From NCBI GenBank assembly GCA_018334565.1, contig JAGXLU010000004.1:13909-77908 (forward strand): a stretch of 64,000 bases of DNA. The letters run 5' to 3'. The notes under the pieces were generated by a model, which saw only the letters and a program-made list of their open reading frames with translations, had not been told where the DNA came from and did not search any database. This stretch comes from Halanaerobiales bacterium (lineage in GTDB: Bacteria > Bacillota > Halanaerobiia > Halanaerobiales > M55B127). A program made the translations under genes and the position numbers. This document shows, in pieces, positions 28,768-38,858 of the stretch (positions within the stretch are counted from its first letter, which is position 1; every line of letters begins with the position of its first letter).

Positions 28768-29305
28768 CTTCTCTCATCTCCTTGCAAATATTACACTCTT
28801 GCGGCCAATCTGTATGACTAAAGATGGTTTTACCAACAGGATTTATTCTGTTTACCAGATAATCTGCTACATGGGAATGTAGACATTTTATACCCTTTTT
28901 ATCCTTGATACCACCTATTCCAGAATTTTTTAACGTTAAATATAGGTCATCAGAAATTTTTTTTATCATTTCTTTGTCTTCATTATCTAAAATTTCAAAT
29001 CTGCTTTCTGCATAATTTCTATGGGCTTTCCCCATCTTTTTAATCCAATTTAAATCATTATCAACCATGGCTTGCATCTTTTTAATCCAACCATTTTCTT
29101 CTAAAATTGATATTTCTTTCACTAGATAAGGACAGGTCAGCCAATAAATTGTTGGGAAAACCCTTTTATTCAAGAAAGGATGCACTTGTATTACGGCAGG
29201 ATAATTAAAAGGACATTTTATTGATATTCGAATCATCCCTTCAGGTTTTCTGTTTATCTGTTGTTTAACTATAAATTTTAATTCATTGTCTTTAACACAT
29301 TTCAT
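28748..29305 (-). CDS. DUF501 domain protein
   Basis: 185 aa. FPTIYWLTCPYL motif. Overlaps the downstream Ppx/GppA gene by 20 nt, a pairing I recall as conserved. Confidence 0.6.
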   Translation of the reverse strand: MKCVKDNELKFIVKQQINRKPEGMIRISIKCPFNYPAVIQVHPFLNKRVFPTIYWLTCPYLVKEISILEENGWIKKMQAMVDNDLNWIKKMGKAHRNYAESRFEILDNEDKEMIKKISDDLYLTLKNSGIGGIKDKKGIKCLHSHVADYLVNRINPVGKTIFSHTDWPQECNICKEMREDEKSNN

Positions 29306-29382
29306 AATATCAACCTTTGATTAATATTTTCACTTAAAAGTATACCACAAAAATTCAAAATCCCAAAGTATAAATAAAAAAA

Positions 29383-29399
29383 CACCCCCATCGGGGATG
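29383..29399 (-). terminator. Rho-independent terminator after the S1-domain gene
   Basis: Minus strand reads CATCCCC-GAT-GGGGGTG followed by TTTTTTTATTT. Confidence 0.7.
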
Positions 29400-29432
29400 T
29401 CTCTCGTGCAATTTATATATAATTAGCGTCCA

Positions 29433-29801
29433 TTAATTTCTGTTATTATCACCGCGCTTTTCGACTCTTTTCTTTATATCACTTTGACGTTCACTACTTT
29501 GTTGTAAAAACTCATCCATTTTTTCTTCAAAAGATTTATTGGGAGCATGATCAATTCGATCAGATGGATCCTGTAATTGTTTTATTGACAGCCCTATTTT
29601 GCCGTCGTTATCAATATTAATCACCTTTACTTTAACCTCTTCATCCTCCTCCAGGAAATTCCCAATATCTTTTACATAAGTGTTAGCTATTTCAGAAATA
29701 TGCACCAAACCTGTTTCTCCATCTGGCAATTCAATAAATGCTCCAAAATTTGTAATACCAGTTACTTTGCCTTTTACTGTACTTCCAACTTCAACGGACA
29801 T
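29433..29801 (-). CDS. S1 RNA-binding domain protein (YabR-like)
   Basis: The S1 domain is GSTVKGKVTGITNFGAFIELPDGETGLVHISE. The ORF opens at 29894, but the AGGAGG RBS supports the MSVEVGS start at 29801. Confidence 0.8.
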   Translation of the reverse strand: MSVEVGSTVKGKVTGITNFGAFIELPDGETGLVHISEIANTYVKDIGNFLEEDEEVKVKVINIDNDGKIGLSIKQLQDPSDRIDHAPNKSFEEKMDEFLQQSSERQSDIKKRVEKRGDNNRN

Positions 29802-29890
29802 ATTTAAAAAAATTCCTCCTTGGTATTTTATTATTAGTAACATAATTATATTATAGATAATTTGTTGTGTCAAATTATAATAAGACAAAA

Positions 29891-32041
29891 TCACAGTTTT
29901 CGTGACAAAGATATTCGTTTTCTCTTCTCATCTATAAAAATTATTTTCACTAACACTATATCTCCTGCTGAAATAACATCCAGAGGATGATTTATAAATT
30001 TGTGACTGAGCTCTGAAATATGTATTAATCCAGATTGTTTAATTCCAATATCAACAAAAGCACCAAAATCAACTACATTACGCACTGTGCCCTTTAAATT
30101 CATACCAACTTCTAAGTCCTCAATATCCATAATTTCATTTTTAAAAATAGGATCAGGTAACTGATCGCGGGGATCTATACCAGGTTTTTTTAAGTTTTTT
30201 ATAATATCCTTTAAAGTAAATTTGCCGATCTGGTATTTATTCATGAAGTAATTCTTATTAATTTTCTCTATATCTTGTCTTAATTTATTTAATTTCTCTT
30301 TATCTAAAATATCCTGGGGAGAATAACTAATTTCTTTCAAAACTAGTTCGGCTTCTTTATAGTTTTCAGGATGTATAGAAGTATAGGCAAAAGGGTCCTT
30401 CTTGCTGAAAAATCTTAAAAAACCCGAAGACTGTTCAAATGTTTTTGCACCTATTCCATACACTTCTTTGATCTGGTCCCTACTTGAAAACTCACCATTA
30501 GTCTGTCTGTATTTTACTATATTAAGAGCAACAGTACTATTAATACCAGATATATACTGCAAAAGTGAAGCGGAAGCTGTGTTTAAATTTACCCCAATCT
30601 GATTAACTGCCGATTCTACAACTTCTTTTAAAGAATTTTTTAATAATCTTTGATCTACATCATGCTGGTATTGACCGACACCAATAGATCTAGGATCAAT
30701 CTTTACTAATTCTGAGAGGGGATCCTGTAAACGCCTTGCTATAGATATAGCGCCTCTTACACTTACATCCAGATCTGGGAATTCTTGAATAGCTATTTGA
30801 GAAGCAGAATAAACAGATGCACCAGCCTCATTTACAATAATGTATTTGATTTTATCAATCGGTAAATTTGAAACAAATGATTCTGTTTCCCTGGAAGCAG
30901 TACCATTACCTATTGCAACAGTATCTATCTCATATTTTTTTAATAGTCCTATCAATATTTCTTCTGCTCTCTCTTTTTCATTTTGGGGAGGATGAGGATG
31001 TATTGTTTTATGAATTATAAAATCACTCATTTCATCGATTACAGCTACTTTACAACCGCTTTTAAAACCTGGATCAATTCCTAAAATCTTATGGTTCTTA
31101 TAAGGAGAAGACAACAAAAGAGATCTCAAATTTTCTTTAAAAATGTTTATTGCTTTTTTTTGAGCTTTATCTGTCAAATAATTTCTGAGCTCTCTATTCA
31201 GGGAAGGTTCTATTAATCTCTTAAAAGCATCCTTAATTATCTCAATTATAATTTCTGAATTAATTAAAATGCCTTCACTTGATAAACAGTCCTTAATTAT
31301 TTTATACATGGCCTCTCTTTCATGTAGGATGTTGACATTAATAATATCTTCATTATCTCCTCTATCAATAGCCATTATACTATGATCAGGAATTTTATTA
31401 ATTCCTTCTCTATATTCATAATATGCTTTATACTTATATTTTTTATCTTTAGACGACTTCTTTTTTTTAGTAGTGAGTATGCTATTGTTTTTCATAGCAA
31501 CCCTAATAGTTTTTCTTACTTCACTATTATTGGATATCTTATCAGCAATAATATCAAAAGCACCTTGGACTGCATCTTCAATATTATAAATATCTTTTTC
31601 TGCAGACACAAAATCTTCTGCCTTTTTTTCTATTTGTTTATTTAAATTACCCTCTGATATATAATCAGCCAGAGGTTTTAGACCCTGTTTGATAGCTTTA
31701 GTAGCCCGTGTTTCTCTCCTTTCTTTAAAAGGCCTATATATATCCTCAACTTCCTGTAAAGTTAGGACCTGATCAAGCTTTTTAATTATTTCTGTGTTTA
31801 ATTTGTTCTTTTTTTTCAAAATACTTTTGATCTCTTCTTTACGTAAAATTAATTTTTTTAAATATTCATTTTTCCCATTTATATCCCGTAGTTGATTTTC
31901 ATCCAAACCACCTGTTTGTTCTTTTCTATATCTCGCTATAAAAGGAATTGTGTTTCCACTATTTAATAATCTTACAGTTCTTCTGATAGATTTTTCTTTG
32001 ATCTTTAAATCTCTAACAATCATTTTAATAATATTATCCAT
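29891..32041 (-). CDS. tex: Tex-like transcription accessory protein
   Basis: 716 aa. N-terminal Tex domain, YqgF-like GIDPGFKSGCKVAV, HhH region, C-terminal S1 (GTVRNVVDFGAFVDIG). Confidence 0.9.
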   Translation of the reverse strand: MDNIIKMIVRDLKIKEKSIRRTVRLLNSGNTIPFIARYRKEQTGGLDENQLRDINGKNEYLKKLILRKEEIKSILKKKNKLNTEIIKKLDQVLTLQEVEDIYRPFKERRETRATKAIKQGLKPLADYISEGNLNKQIEKKAEDFVSAEKDIYNIEDAVQGAFDIIADKISNNSEVRKTIRVAMKNNSILTTKKKKSSKDKKYKYKAYYEYREGINKIPDHSIMAIDRGDNEDIINVNILHEREAMYKIIKDCLSSEGILINSEIIIEIIKDAFKRLIEPSLNRELRNYLTDKAQKKAINIFKENLRSLLLSSPYKNHKILGIDPGFKSGCKVAVIDEMSDFIIHKTIHPHPPQNEKERAEEILIGLLKKYEIDTVAIGNGTASRETESFVSNLPIDKIKYIIVNEAGASVYSASQIAIQEFPDLDVSVRGAISIARRLQDPLSELVKIDPRSIGVGQYQHDVDQRLLKNSLKEVVESAVNQIGVNLNTASASLLQYISGINSTVALNIVKYRQTNGEFSSRDQIKEVYGIGAKTFEQSSGFLRFFSKKDPFAYTSIHPENYKEAELVLKEISYSPQDILDKEKLNKLRQDIEKINKNYFMNKYQIGKFTLKDIIKNLKKPGIDPRDQLPDPIFKNEIMDIEDLEVGMNLKGTVRNVVDFGAFVDIGIKQSGLIHISELSHKFINHPLDVISAGDIVLVKIIFIDEKRKRISLSRKL

Positions 32042-32052
32042 TTGATATCATC

Positions 32053-32373
32053 CTATTTTTTTTCTTCTTCCTCCACTGGTATAAATAAGATTTCTCCTGG
32101 TTTAACTAAACCTAATTCTTCACGTGCAATCTTTTCTATGTACTCCAGATCTTTTACTTCCTTTATCTCATGTTCTAACTGTTTATTTTTCTCTAATTCA
32201 GTTTCTAATTTTTTGTTTAAGCTACTTAATCTTTCTTCCATTTTATTTACTCTTCTCATATTCAGAAATAATTTAAATGCAAAAATGACAATAATTATTA
32301 TTAACAAATAAATCATCGCTTTTTTAAAAAAAGATTCAAAATTCATAATTATCGTCCCTTTCAGTATTTCCAT
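32053..32373 (-). CDS. Septum formation initiator family protein (FtsB/DivIC-like)
   Basis: 106 aa. Single TM followed by a coiled coil, and C-terminal IEKIAREELGLVKPGE. Confidence 0.75.
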   Translation of the reverse strand: MEILKGTIIMNFESFFKKAMIYLLIIIIVIFAFKLFLNMRRVNKMEERLSSLNKKLETELEKNKQLEHEIKEVKDLEYIEKIAREELGLVKPGEILFIPVEEEEKK

Positions 32374-32612
32374 TGAAGTTAATAATTCTACTTATTTCAA
32401 ATTTTGATCAAACTAATTTTTCATCTATAGAAAAATTTGCATAATAAATCTTTTCAATATATTTTAACATTAATTAAGGCAAATTATCAATGTTTCTTAT
32501 CCATTCTTTTTGTTTATAGTTATTTATCAACAATTAAAAAAATAACTAAATCTTTAAAAACAATATTGCTTTTTGAGATATTTATGGGTTTTACTGCCTT
32601 AACGTAAATAAA

Positions 32613-32636
32613 GCAGCCGTTCACAAAACCGGCTGC
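32613..32636 (-). terminator. Rho-independent terminator after the sugar ABC ATPase gene
   Basis: Minus strand reads GCAGCCG-GTTTTGTGAA-CGGCTGC followed by TTTATTT. Confidence 0.7.
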
Positions 32637-32660
32637 TCAAATCCTTAAAACAATCTTTTA

Positions 32661-33770
32661 TTAAAAAATAGCTTCTTCCGTTTCATTATCAAAAATATGC
32701 ATTTTTTGAGTATAAACTCCCAATTTAATCTTATCTCCAACTTTAGCATCACTTTCCGCATCTACCCTCGCAATCATACTATGTTCATCTACAGATAAGT
32801 ATAAATAGATTTCTGAACCCATAGGCTCTACAACCTCAACCTCAGCTTCAAAAGAGTTTTCTTTTGTTATGTCTAAATCGTGAGAAATCCTAGCATCTGT
32901 TAAATCTTCAGGCCTAATTCCAAACACAACTTTTTTATTATCATATTCCTTCACCTTTTCTTTAAACATATCTGGGATCTTAATATTAAAGGCACCAGCT
33001 CCCTCTGCAAAATATTCATTACCGTCTTTGTGAATTGTTGCATCTAAAAAGTTCATAGCAGGGCTACCGATAAATCCTGCTACAAACATATTATTAGGTT
33101 TATTATATAATTCGAGTGGTGAATCAACCTGTTGAATAAAACCATCTTTAAGTACAACAATTCTATCTCCCATTGTCATCGCTTCAGTTTGATCATGAGT
33201 CACATAAATGACAGTAGTTTTCAATCTATCATGTAGTTTGCTTAACTCAGTTCTCATCTGTACCCTTAATTTAGCATCAAGATTAGAAAGGGGTTCATCC
33301 ATCAAGAACACCTTGGGCTCCCTTACAATAGCTCTGCCTAAAGCTACACGCTGTCTTTGCCCACCTGATAGTTGTTTTGGCTTTCTATCTAGTAGTGGCT
33401 CAATACTTAATATTTCAGCAGCATCATTAACACGTCTGTCTATATCTTCTTTAGGAAATTTTCTTAATTTAAGACCAAAGGCCATATTATCATAGACATT
33501 CATGTGAGGATATAGGGCATAGTTTTGGAAAACCATAGCGATATCTCTATCCTTTGGTGGTACATCATTTACAACTCGATCACCTATTTTAATCTTACCC
33601 TCTGTAATTTCTTCCAAACCTGCAATCATTCTTAAATCTGTAGATTTTCCACAGCCGGAAGGCCCAACTAAAACTAAGAATTCTTTATCTTTGATTTCTA
33701 AATCCTGGTCTTTAGCTGCAACCACATCTCCAAATTTCTTAGTAACATTCTCAAATGTAACACTGGCCAT
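32661..33770 (-). CDS. Sugar ABC transporter ATP-binding protein (MsmX/MalK/UgpC type)
   Basis: 369 aa. GPSGCGKST, LSGGQRQRVALGRA, FLMDEPLSNLD, and a C-terminal TOBE-like regulatory domain. No cognate permease is adjacent. Confidence 0.9.
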   Translation of the reverse strand: MASVTFENVTKKFGDVVAAKDQDLEIKDKEFLVLVGPSGCGKSTDLRMIAGLEEITEGKIKIGDRVVNDVPPKDRDIAMVFQNYALYPHMNVYDNMAFGLKLRKFPKEDIDRRVNDAAEILSIEPLLDRKPKQLSGGQRQRVALGRAIVREPKVFLMDEPLSNLDAKLRVQMRTELSKLHDRLKTTVIYVTHDQTEAMTMGDRIVVLKDGFIQQVDSPLELYNKPNNMFVAGFIGSPAMNFLDATIHKDGNEYFAEGAGAFNIKIPDMFKEKVKEYDNKKVVFGIRPEDLTDARISHDLDITKENSFEAEVEVVEPMGSEIYLYLSVDEHSMIARVDAESDAKVGDKIKLGVYTQKMHIFDNETEEAIF

Positions 33771-33789
33771 TTAATAATTCCTCCCTTTA

Positions 33790-34791
33790 TTAAATTTTTG
33801 TAGAATCACTTTTTTTTAAAGTCGGTTTCAAGACTTTGATTTTTTCTTCTGCCTGTTTATCATTTATTAATTTTATTAATATATCTGCAGCCATTTTACC
33901 TGCCTGACTCAAAGGCTCTATTACCCTGGTAAGATCGGGTTCTATGATGGAGTTAATGATTGTACCCCCATATGAAACAACAGGGTAATCCTGAGGTATA
34001 AAGTATCCACCCATTTTAACTGCTTCAACAAGACCTACAGATAATAAATCATCTGTGACAAAGAAACTATCTGGAGGTGTCTTGATATTTACAAGATCAA
34101 TAAAAGCCTGATAACCCGCTGACCTGCTTCCATCAGTTTCAATTATCAAATTATGATTAATTTTTTTGTTTTGTTCTATTAAAGCCTGGTTGTAACCTTT
34201 AATTTTTTCACTCTCAATATAATCATTATTATTACCTGTAATTAAGGCAATATTTTTATAACCTAAATCTAATAGATGTTTGGTTGCGAGATATGAACCA
34301 TAACTAGAATCAATTAAAATAGTTGGTATCAAAATTTCTTCGCAAAGTCTATTAACTAATACAATATTATTATTGCCTCTTAATTTTGTATTTAATATTT
34401 GATGATCTGCTATTTCACCTCCTAATATTACTGCTCCATCAACCCTTTTTTCTTCTAGTAAGTCTAGGTATGTTTTTTCCTTTGTTAGATCATTATGTGT
34501 GTTACATAAAATAATCTGATAACCTGCTTTTTCTGCCATTGCTTCAATATTCTCTATTATTTTAGAATAATTACCCTGAGAAAGTCCGGGCAATAATACA
34601 GCTAAGATATGGGTCTCCTGTTTAGCTAAACCTTGAGCAAGCTTATTGGGCTTAAAATTATATTCTTCTACAATCTTAAGTATCTCCTTTTTTTTGGCTT
34701 CACTAACTCCTTCTTTATCATTAATTGCTCGTGAAACCGTTGACTCCACAACACCAACCATTTCTGCAATATCTTTTAAGGTCAACGGCAA
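33790..34791 (-). CDS. LacI family transcriptional regulator
   Basis: 333 aa with a TTG start after AAGGGGGG. N-terminal HTH LKDIAEMVGVVESTVSRAIN, and a periplasmic-binding-protein-like core. Confidence 0.9.
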   Translation of the reverse strand: MPLTLKDIAEMVGVVESTVSRAINDKEGVSEAKKKEILKIVEEYNFKPNKLAQGLAKQETHILAVLLPGLSQGNYSKIIENIEAMAEKAGYQIILCNTHNDLTKEKTYLDLLEEKRVDGAVILGGEIADHQILNTKLRGNNNIVLVNRLCEEILIPTILIDSSYGSYLATKHLLDLGYKNIALITGNNNDYIESEKIKGYNQALIEQNKKINHNLIIETDGSRSAGYQAFIDLVNIKTPPDSFFVTDDLLSVGLVEAVKMGGYFIPQDYPVVSYGGTIINSIIEPDLTRVIEPLSQAGKMAADILIKLINDKQAEEKIKVLKPTLKKSDSTKI

Positions 34792-34816
34792 AATAATACC
34801 CCCCCTTATAAAATTA

Positions 34817-34832
34817 ACGCAAGGGCTTGCGT
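34817..34832. promoter_or_regulatory. Candidate LacI-type operator (imperfect 16-bp palindrome)
   Basis: ACGCAAGGGCTTGCGT has 14 of 16 positions symmetric. It lies 26 nt upstream of the LacI-family start codon. Confidence 0.4.
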
Positions 34833-34873
34833 AACTATAATATTATATTCAAGATTAAACCAAATAATCCTGC

Positions 34874-35464
34874 TTAACCATCTAATCTTTTTTTGTAAAT
34901 ATACCAATTTGTATTTCGTGAAACTTCTTTTATAATCATATCTCCAAAAATGGATTGGAGCTGTTCTTGGCCACATTTGATATAGTTAAAATATCCACCT
35001 GCTTCCAGTTTTTCCACTATATCTACAAGTAGGTTCCTTTCAAATTTATAATCCTGGATCAAAACAATTTTTTTTGCAATTCTTTTTGTTTCTTTAAAAA
35101 ACTTTAATCGAAGTTCTTGATCAATCCCATGGGCAACCATAGATGAAATTACCATGTCATAAGAATTATCATCACATTTGAGGCCTTCTTTAATATCTCC
35201 AGTCTCACATTCAAGATTATTTTCCATTCCCCTCTTAACCATTTCAGGTGCCACATCAATACCTTTGACACTATATCCTCTTGTTTGAAATACATAGCCA
35301 AAAGCCCCCGTTCCACAGCCTATATCCAATACTGTATTAATATTTTCATCTTTTATTAAATAAATATTATTATCTACAATTTTACCATAAGAATATACTT
35401 GGTATTTGAAAAAAAGCTGATAATATGGGGCTATTTTGTTAAAAAGTTTTCCGTGTTTATCCAT
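34874..35464 (-). CDS. Class I SAM-dependent methyltransferase
   Basis: 196 aa. The VLDIGCGTGAF motif is the SAM-binding motif I. Confidence 0.8.
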   Translation of the reverse strand: MDKHGKLFNKIAPYYQLFFKYQVYSYGKIVDNNIYLIKDENINTVLDIGCGTGAFGYVFQTRGYSVKGIDVAPEMVKRGMENNLECETGDIKEGLKCDDNSYDMVISSMVAHGIDQELRLKFFKETKRIAKKIVLIQDYKFERNLLVDIVEKLEAGGYFNYIKCGQEQLQSIFGDMIIKEVSRNTNWYIYKKRLDG

Positions 35465-35559
35465 TTTTTTTACCGCCCAAAAAGTTATTGGCCTGATTTA
35501 TTGATGGACTCCTCCCCTCGCATAAGTTTCGTCCCGCAAAAAACAAGAAAACTGAGTCT

Positions 35560-38208
35560 TTACTTTTCTTTCATCATCTCCACAAATATTTCTGCCAGCT
35601 TGGGATCAAACTGACTTCCTGCACATCGTTTTATCTCTGCTAAAGCTTCCTGTTTTGAGATAGCTTTGCTGTAAGGCCGAGCATGTGTCATAACATCATA
35701 GGCGTCTATAATAGAAATTATTCTGGCCAAATATGGTATATTTTCACCCTGTAAACCCTGAGGGTAACCCTCTCCATCCCAGCGTTCATGGTGAGCCAAT
35801 ATTTCTTGGGCTATCACTGCAAATTCTTCGGAGGCGGAAGCTATTTTGTAGCCTCTCTCAGGATGTTCCCTAATTATTTCCCATTCCTCTTCAGTCAACT
35901 CTCCAGGCTTAATTAATATCTCCTCAGAAATAGAAATTTTACCTATATCATGCAGAGAAGCCAGCAGTGATAATCTATCTAACTCTGAATGGGGAATGCC
36001 CAGTTTTATGCCCAATTTATAAGCAAGATCAGCCATCCTTGCTGCATGGTTTCGAGTCTCATCACTTTTGGTTGAAAGTGTATTCAGCAGATTCAGCACT
36101 AATCTATTTTTTCGGCTTCTGTTATCAAGAAGTTTGTTTTGATTTAAGGCATTATTTGCTTTTTTAAAAATATTATCTATGTCTTGCTCAACATTATTTT
36201 TAGTGGCAATACCTGCTCCTAAGGAAACAGACAATTCTTCTTCATTGGTTTTTTCACACCTTCTTTTTATCCGCTCCATAATCTCAACAGCCTTTTCTCT
36301 TCTGGTCTGTGTCAGTAATATAACAAATTCATCTCCTCCATATCTTGCCAGTATATCCTCTTTTCTTACACTATCTTTTAAAATTTTGGCTGTTTTAACT
36401 ATTAACTCATCACCTTTATTATATCCTAAGCTATCATTGATTATTTTCAGATCGTTTATATCTAGCATTATAATACTTATAGGTAGTTGGCGCTCTGTAT
36501 TTAGCCTTTTCACTTCTTCGCTCAAAAACCTGCGATTATAAAGACCTGTCAGCTCATCATGAAAGCTTTTATACTTTAATTCTTCCTCATAACCGATCCT
36601 TTCCAAGGCTACTGTGGTATGAGAGATTAATAATTCGGCCAGCTCTATATCTGTCTTTGTAAAAGTTTCCTTTCCTACTCTTACGGCCTGAAACACTCCA
36701 TAATCCCCTACCGGTATACTGATTACTGATTTGTAAGAATTTTTGACGGGTTTGGCTTCGGGATTATTGGCAATATTATCGGTAACAAAACTTTCGCCCC
36801 GGCGATAAGTTTTACCTGCTATCCCCTCAGTTATAGCCATTTTTTTAGATTGGGCATTAGAAGTGGTAGCCCTAGGTATAAGTAGTTTGTCTTCCACCAA
36901 CGATATATCAGAGAAATTAAAGTCCAATAGATTTTCAGCAGCTTCTATAGTCATTTCACATACCTTCTGTTTATCTTTTGCTTTTTTGAAATCTACGGCA
37001 ATTGCATGCAGATTTTTGATTGCTTTTTCTTTTTGCTTGAGCTTGGTTATATCCTGAGCAAATGTAAATTCATAATCCTTATCTCCATATTTTAAATAAC
37101 AGCTGGTAATCTGGACGTGAATTTTTTTTCCTTCTTTGGTTTCAAGCTTTGTTTGGATTATTTCAGTACCTTTTTCTTTCACCAAAGCCCATCTTGCCTT
37201 GCGTTCTCCTTTCCAATAATTAGGATCAATATCTGATATCCTCTTACCAACCAATTCCTCTTGCGAATAGTTAAGCATCTTACAGATTTCATTGTTTACG
37301 TATTCAATTTTACCTTCAGGTGTTATCCAAAAGATTCCCAAAGCCGCGTAATCTACTGAAAATTGAGTTATTTGCATTCTTTTTATCATATTCTTAAGGT
37401 TAGATCTCATTTTAAATAAATTTTCTATCATCTCACCAATTTCATCTTTGCGATTTCTATAATTATTTAGGCTGGATTTGTTGGTTAATTTCAAATCATA
37501 ATCATTGAATTGTTCTAAAGTATCGGCTACTAAAATGAGAGGCTCGGTAAAATAACTAGATAGTATATAAGTCAAAAATAAAACAAAAAATAATACTCCT
37601 ATACCAATCAAAATAAAATCATTTCTTGAATCTGCATAAGCTGCTTCAATATCATTAATATAAACCCCGGTTCCGATAATCCAGCCCCAAGGTTCAAATT
37701 CTTCAATATAAGAAAGCTTCGGTTCAATTCTATCTTCAACCTCATAATACTGCCAGTAATATTCAAGATATCCTCCATTTTGTTGTTCTATAATTTGGAT
37801 CATCTCTCTAAAGAGATATTTACCTTCCTGGTCCTGAATATCACCAATATATTTATCAACCAGTTCAGGAGCATAAGGATGCATCAACATGACAGGCTCT
37901 TTATTTTGTATCCAGTAATAATTCTGATTGCCAGGACCATAAATCATATTTTCAATAGTAATTAAAGCTTGATTTTGAGCGTGTTCTTCGGTTAATAACC
38001 CGTTTTGTTCCAGTTTATGAAATCTTCTTAAAACTCCTAAACTAACTTTCACCATTTTCTGAGTCTGAAGACGTTTTTCTTCATATAAATTTTCTTTTAA
38101 ATTACGAAGGGAATAAAAAGCAAAAATTAAAACTATTGATAAGATAATTAGAAAAATAAAAACCATTAATTTAAATTTTATTCCACGGGAAAAAGTTGGT
38201 ATTCTCAT
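35560..38208 (-). CDS. Membrane sensor: Cache-HAMP-PAS-GAF-GGDEF-HD-GYP
   Basis: 882 aa. Periplasmic Cache-like loop between two TMs, PAS (PEGKIEYVNNEICKMLNY), GAF, GGDEF (RYGGDEFVIL), HD-GYP (HDIGK..HHERWDGEGYP). Confidence 0.85.
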   Translation of the reverse strand: MRIPTFSRGIKFKLMVFIFLIILSIVLIFAFYSLRNLKENLYEEKRLQTQKMVKVSLGVLRRFHKLEQNGLLTEEHAQNQALITIENMIYGPGNQNYYWIQNKEPVMLMHPYAPELVDKYIGDIQDQEGKYLFREMIQIIEQQNGGYLEYYWQYYEVEDRIEPKLSYIEEFEPWGWIIGTGVYINDIEAAYADSRNDFILIGIGVLFFVLFLTYILSSYFTEPLILVADTLEQFNDYDLKLTNKSSLNNYRNRKDEIGEMIENLFKMRSNLKNMIKRMQITQFSVDYAALGIFWITPEGKIEYVNNEICKMLNYSQEELVGKRISDIDPNYWKGERKARWALVKEKGTEIIQTKLETKEGKKIHVQITSCYLKYGDKDYEFTFAQDITKLKQKEKAIKNLHAIAVDFKKAKDKQKVCEMTIEAAENLLDFNFSDISLVEDKLLIPRATTSNAQSKKMAITEGIAGKTYRRGESFVTDNIANNPEAKPVKNSYKSVISIPVGDYGVFQAVRVGKETFTKTDIELAELLISHTTVALERIGYEEELKYKSFHDELTGLYNRRFLSEEVKRLNTERQLPISIIMLDINDLKIINDSLGYNKGDELIVKTAKILKDSVRKEDILARYGGDEFVILLTQTRREKAVEIMERIKRRCEKTNEEELSVSLGAGIATKNNVEQDIDNIFKKANNALNQNKLLDNRSRKNRLVLNLLNTLSTKSDETRNHAARMADLAYKLGIKLGIPHSELDRLSLLASLHDIGKISISEEILIKPGELTEEEWEIIREHPERGYKIASASEEFAVIAQEILAHHERWDGEGYPQGLQGENIPYLARIISIIDAYDVMTHARPYSKAISKQEALAEIKRCAGSQFDPKLAEIFVEMMKEK

Positions 38209-38289
38209 TGCCTTTTTTAATTCCCCTCTCCTGTTATATAATTGGCCTACTTCCTGTTCTTTGCTGTCGCTAAAAACGATGATTCTTAT

Positions 38290-38800
38290 TAGTTCAGGAC
38301 TATCTCTTAAACCAATATTACGCCGAATGCCCTAAAGTATTAAATGTATGTTTTTTTGAAAATTAGGTCTACAATATTATCTCTATGGTAGTTAAATCCT
38401 CGTTCACAATTAAAGTTCTATTCTTGACTTTATGTATTCTACCACATTAAGGACAGGTATTAAATGTTCTAAATGTAATTTTGATATTCAACTTCAATAC
38501 CAACAAATTTAGCTTTAAATGCTAAGATATTGGTTATTTTTATATACCAATTGATAAAGACTTTGATTAAAAGTAGTACTAACATTAATATTTTCGCTTA
38601 TAACTTCAATATCTCAAATTACAAAAAGCTTTGTTTTTAATACAATAAATAATATAATAGCTTGTGGGTTTTGCAACACATCTATAATCTTATTTCTACT
38701 TTTATAAAGAAGTTGCTTCTTTATCCGAAAGACATTTTGTTTTGCAATTTGATTAACGCTTTATTTCTAAATCTGATAAAAAAGTTCAATTTGCAGTCTT
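38290..38800 (-). pseudogene. IS605-family TnpB relic, heavily decayed
   Basis: Frame-hopping minus-strand translation gives TnpB-like pieces: ..KTKLFVI-DIEVISENIN.., ..FKAKFVGIEVEYQNYI.. (LxYKAexxGixV pattern), NTCP-CGRIHKVKNRTLIVNEDLTTIEII (Zn-finger/RuvC-III region). Many stops. Confidence 0.45.
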
Positions 38801-38858
38801 TGTAAACAACAATAAAAATTATTTTTAAATTTAATTTGAGCATCATACTAAGAACAAT

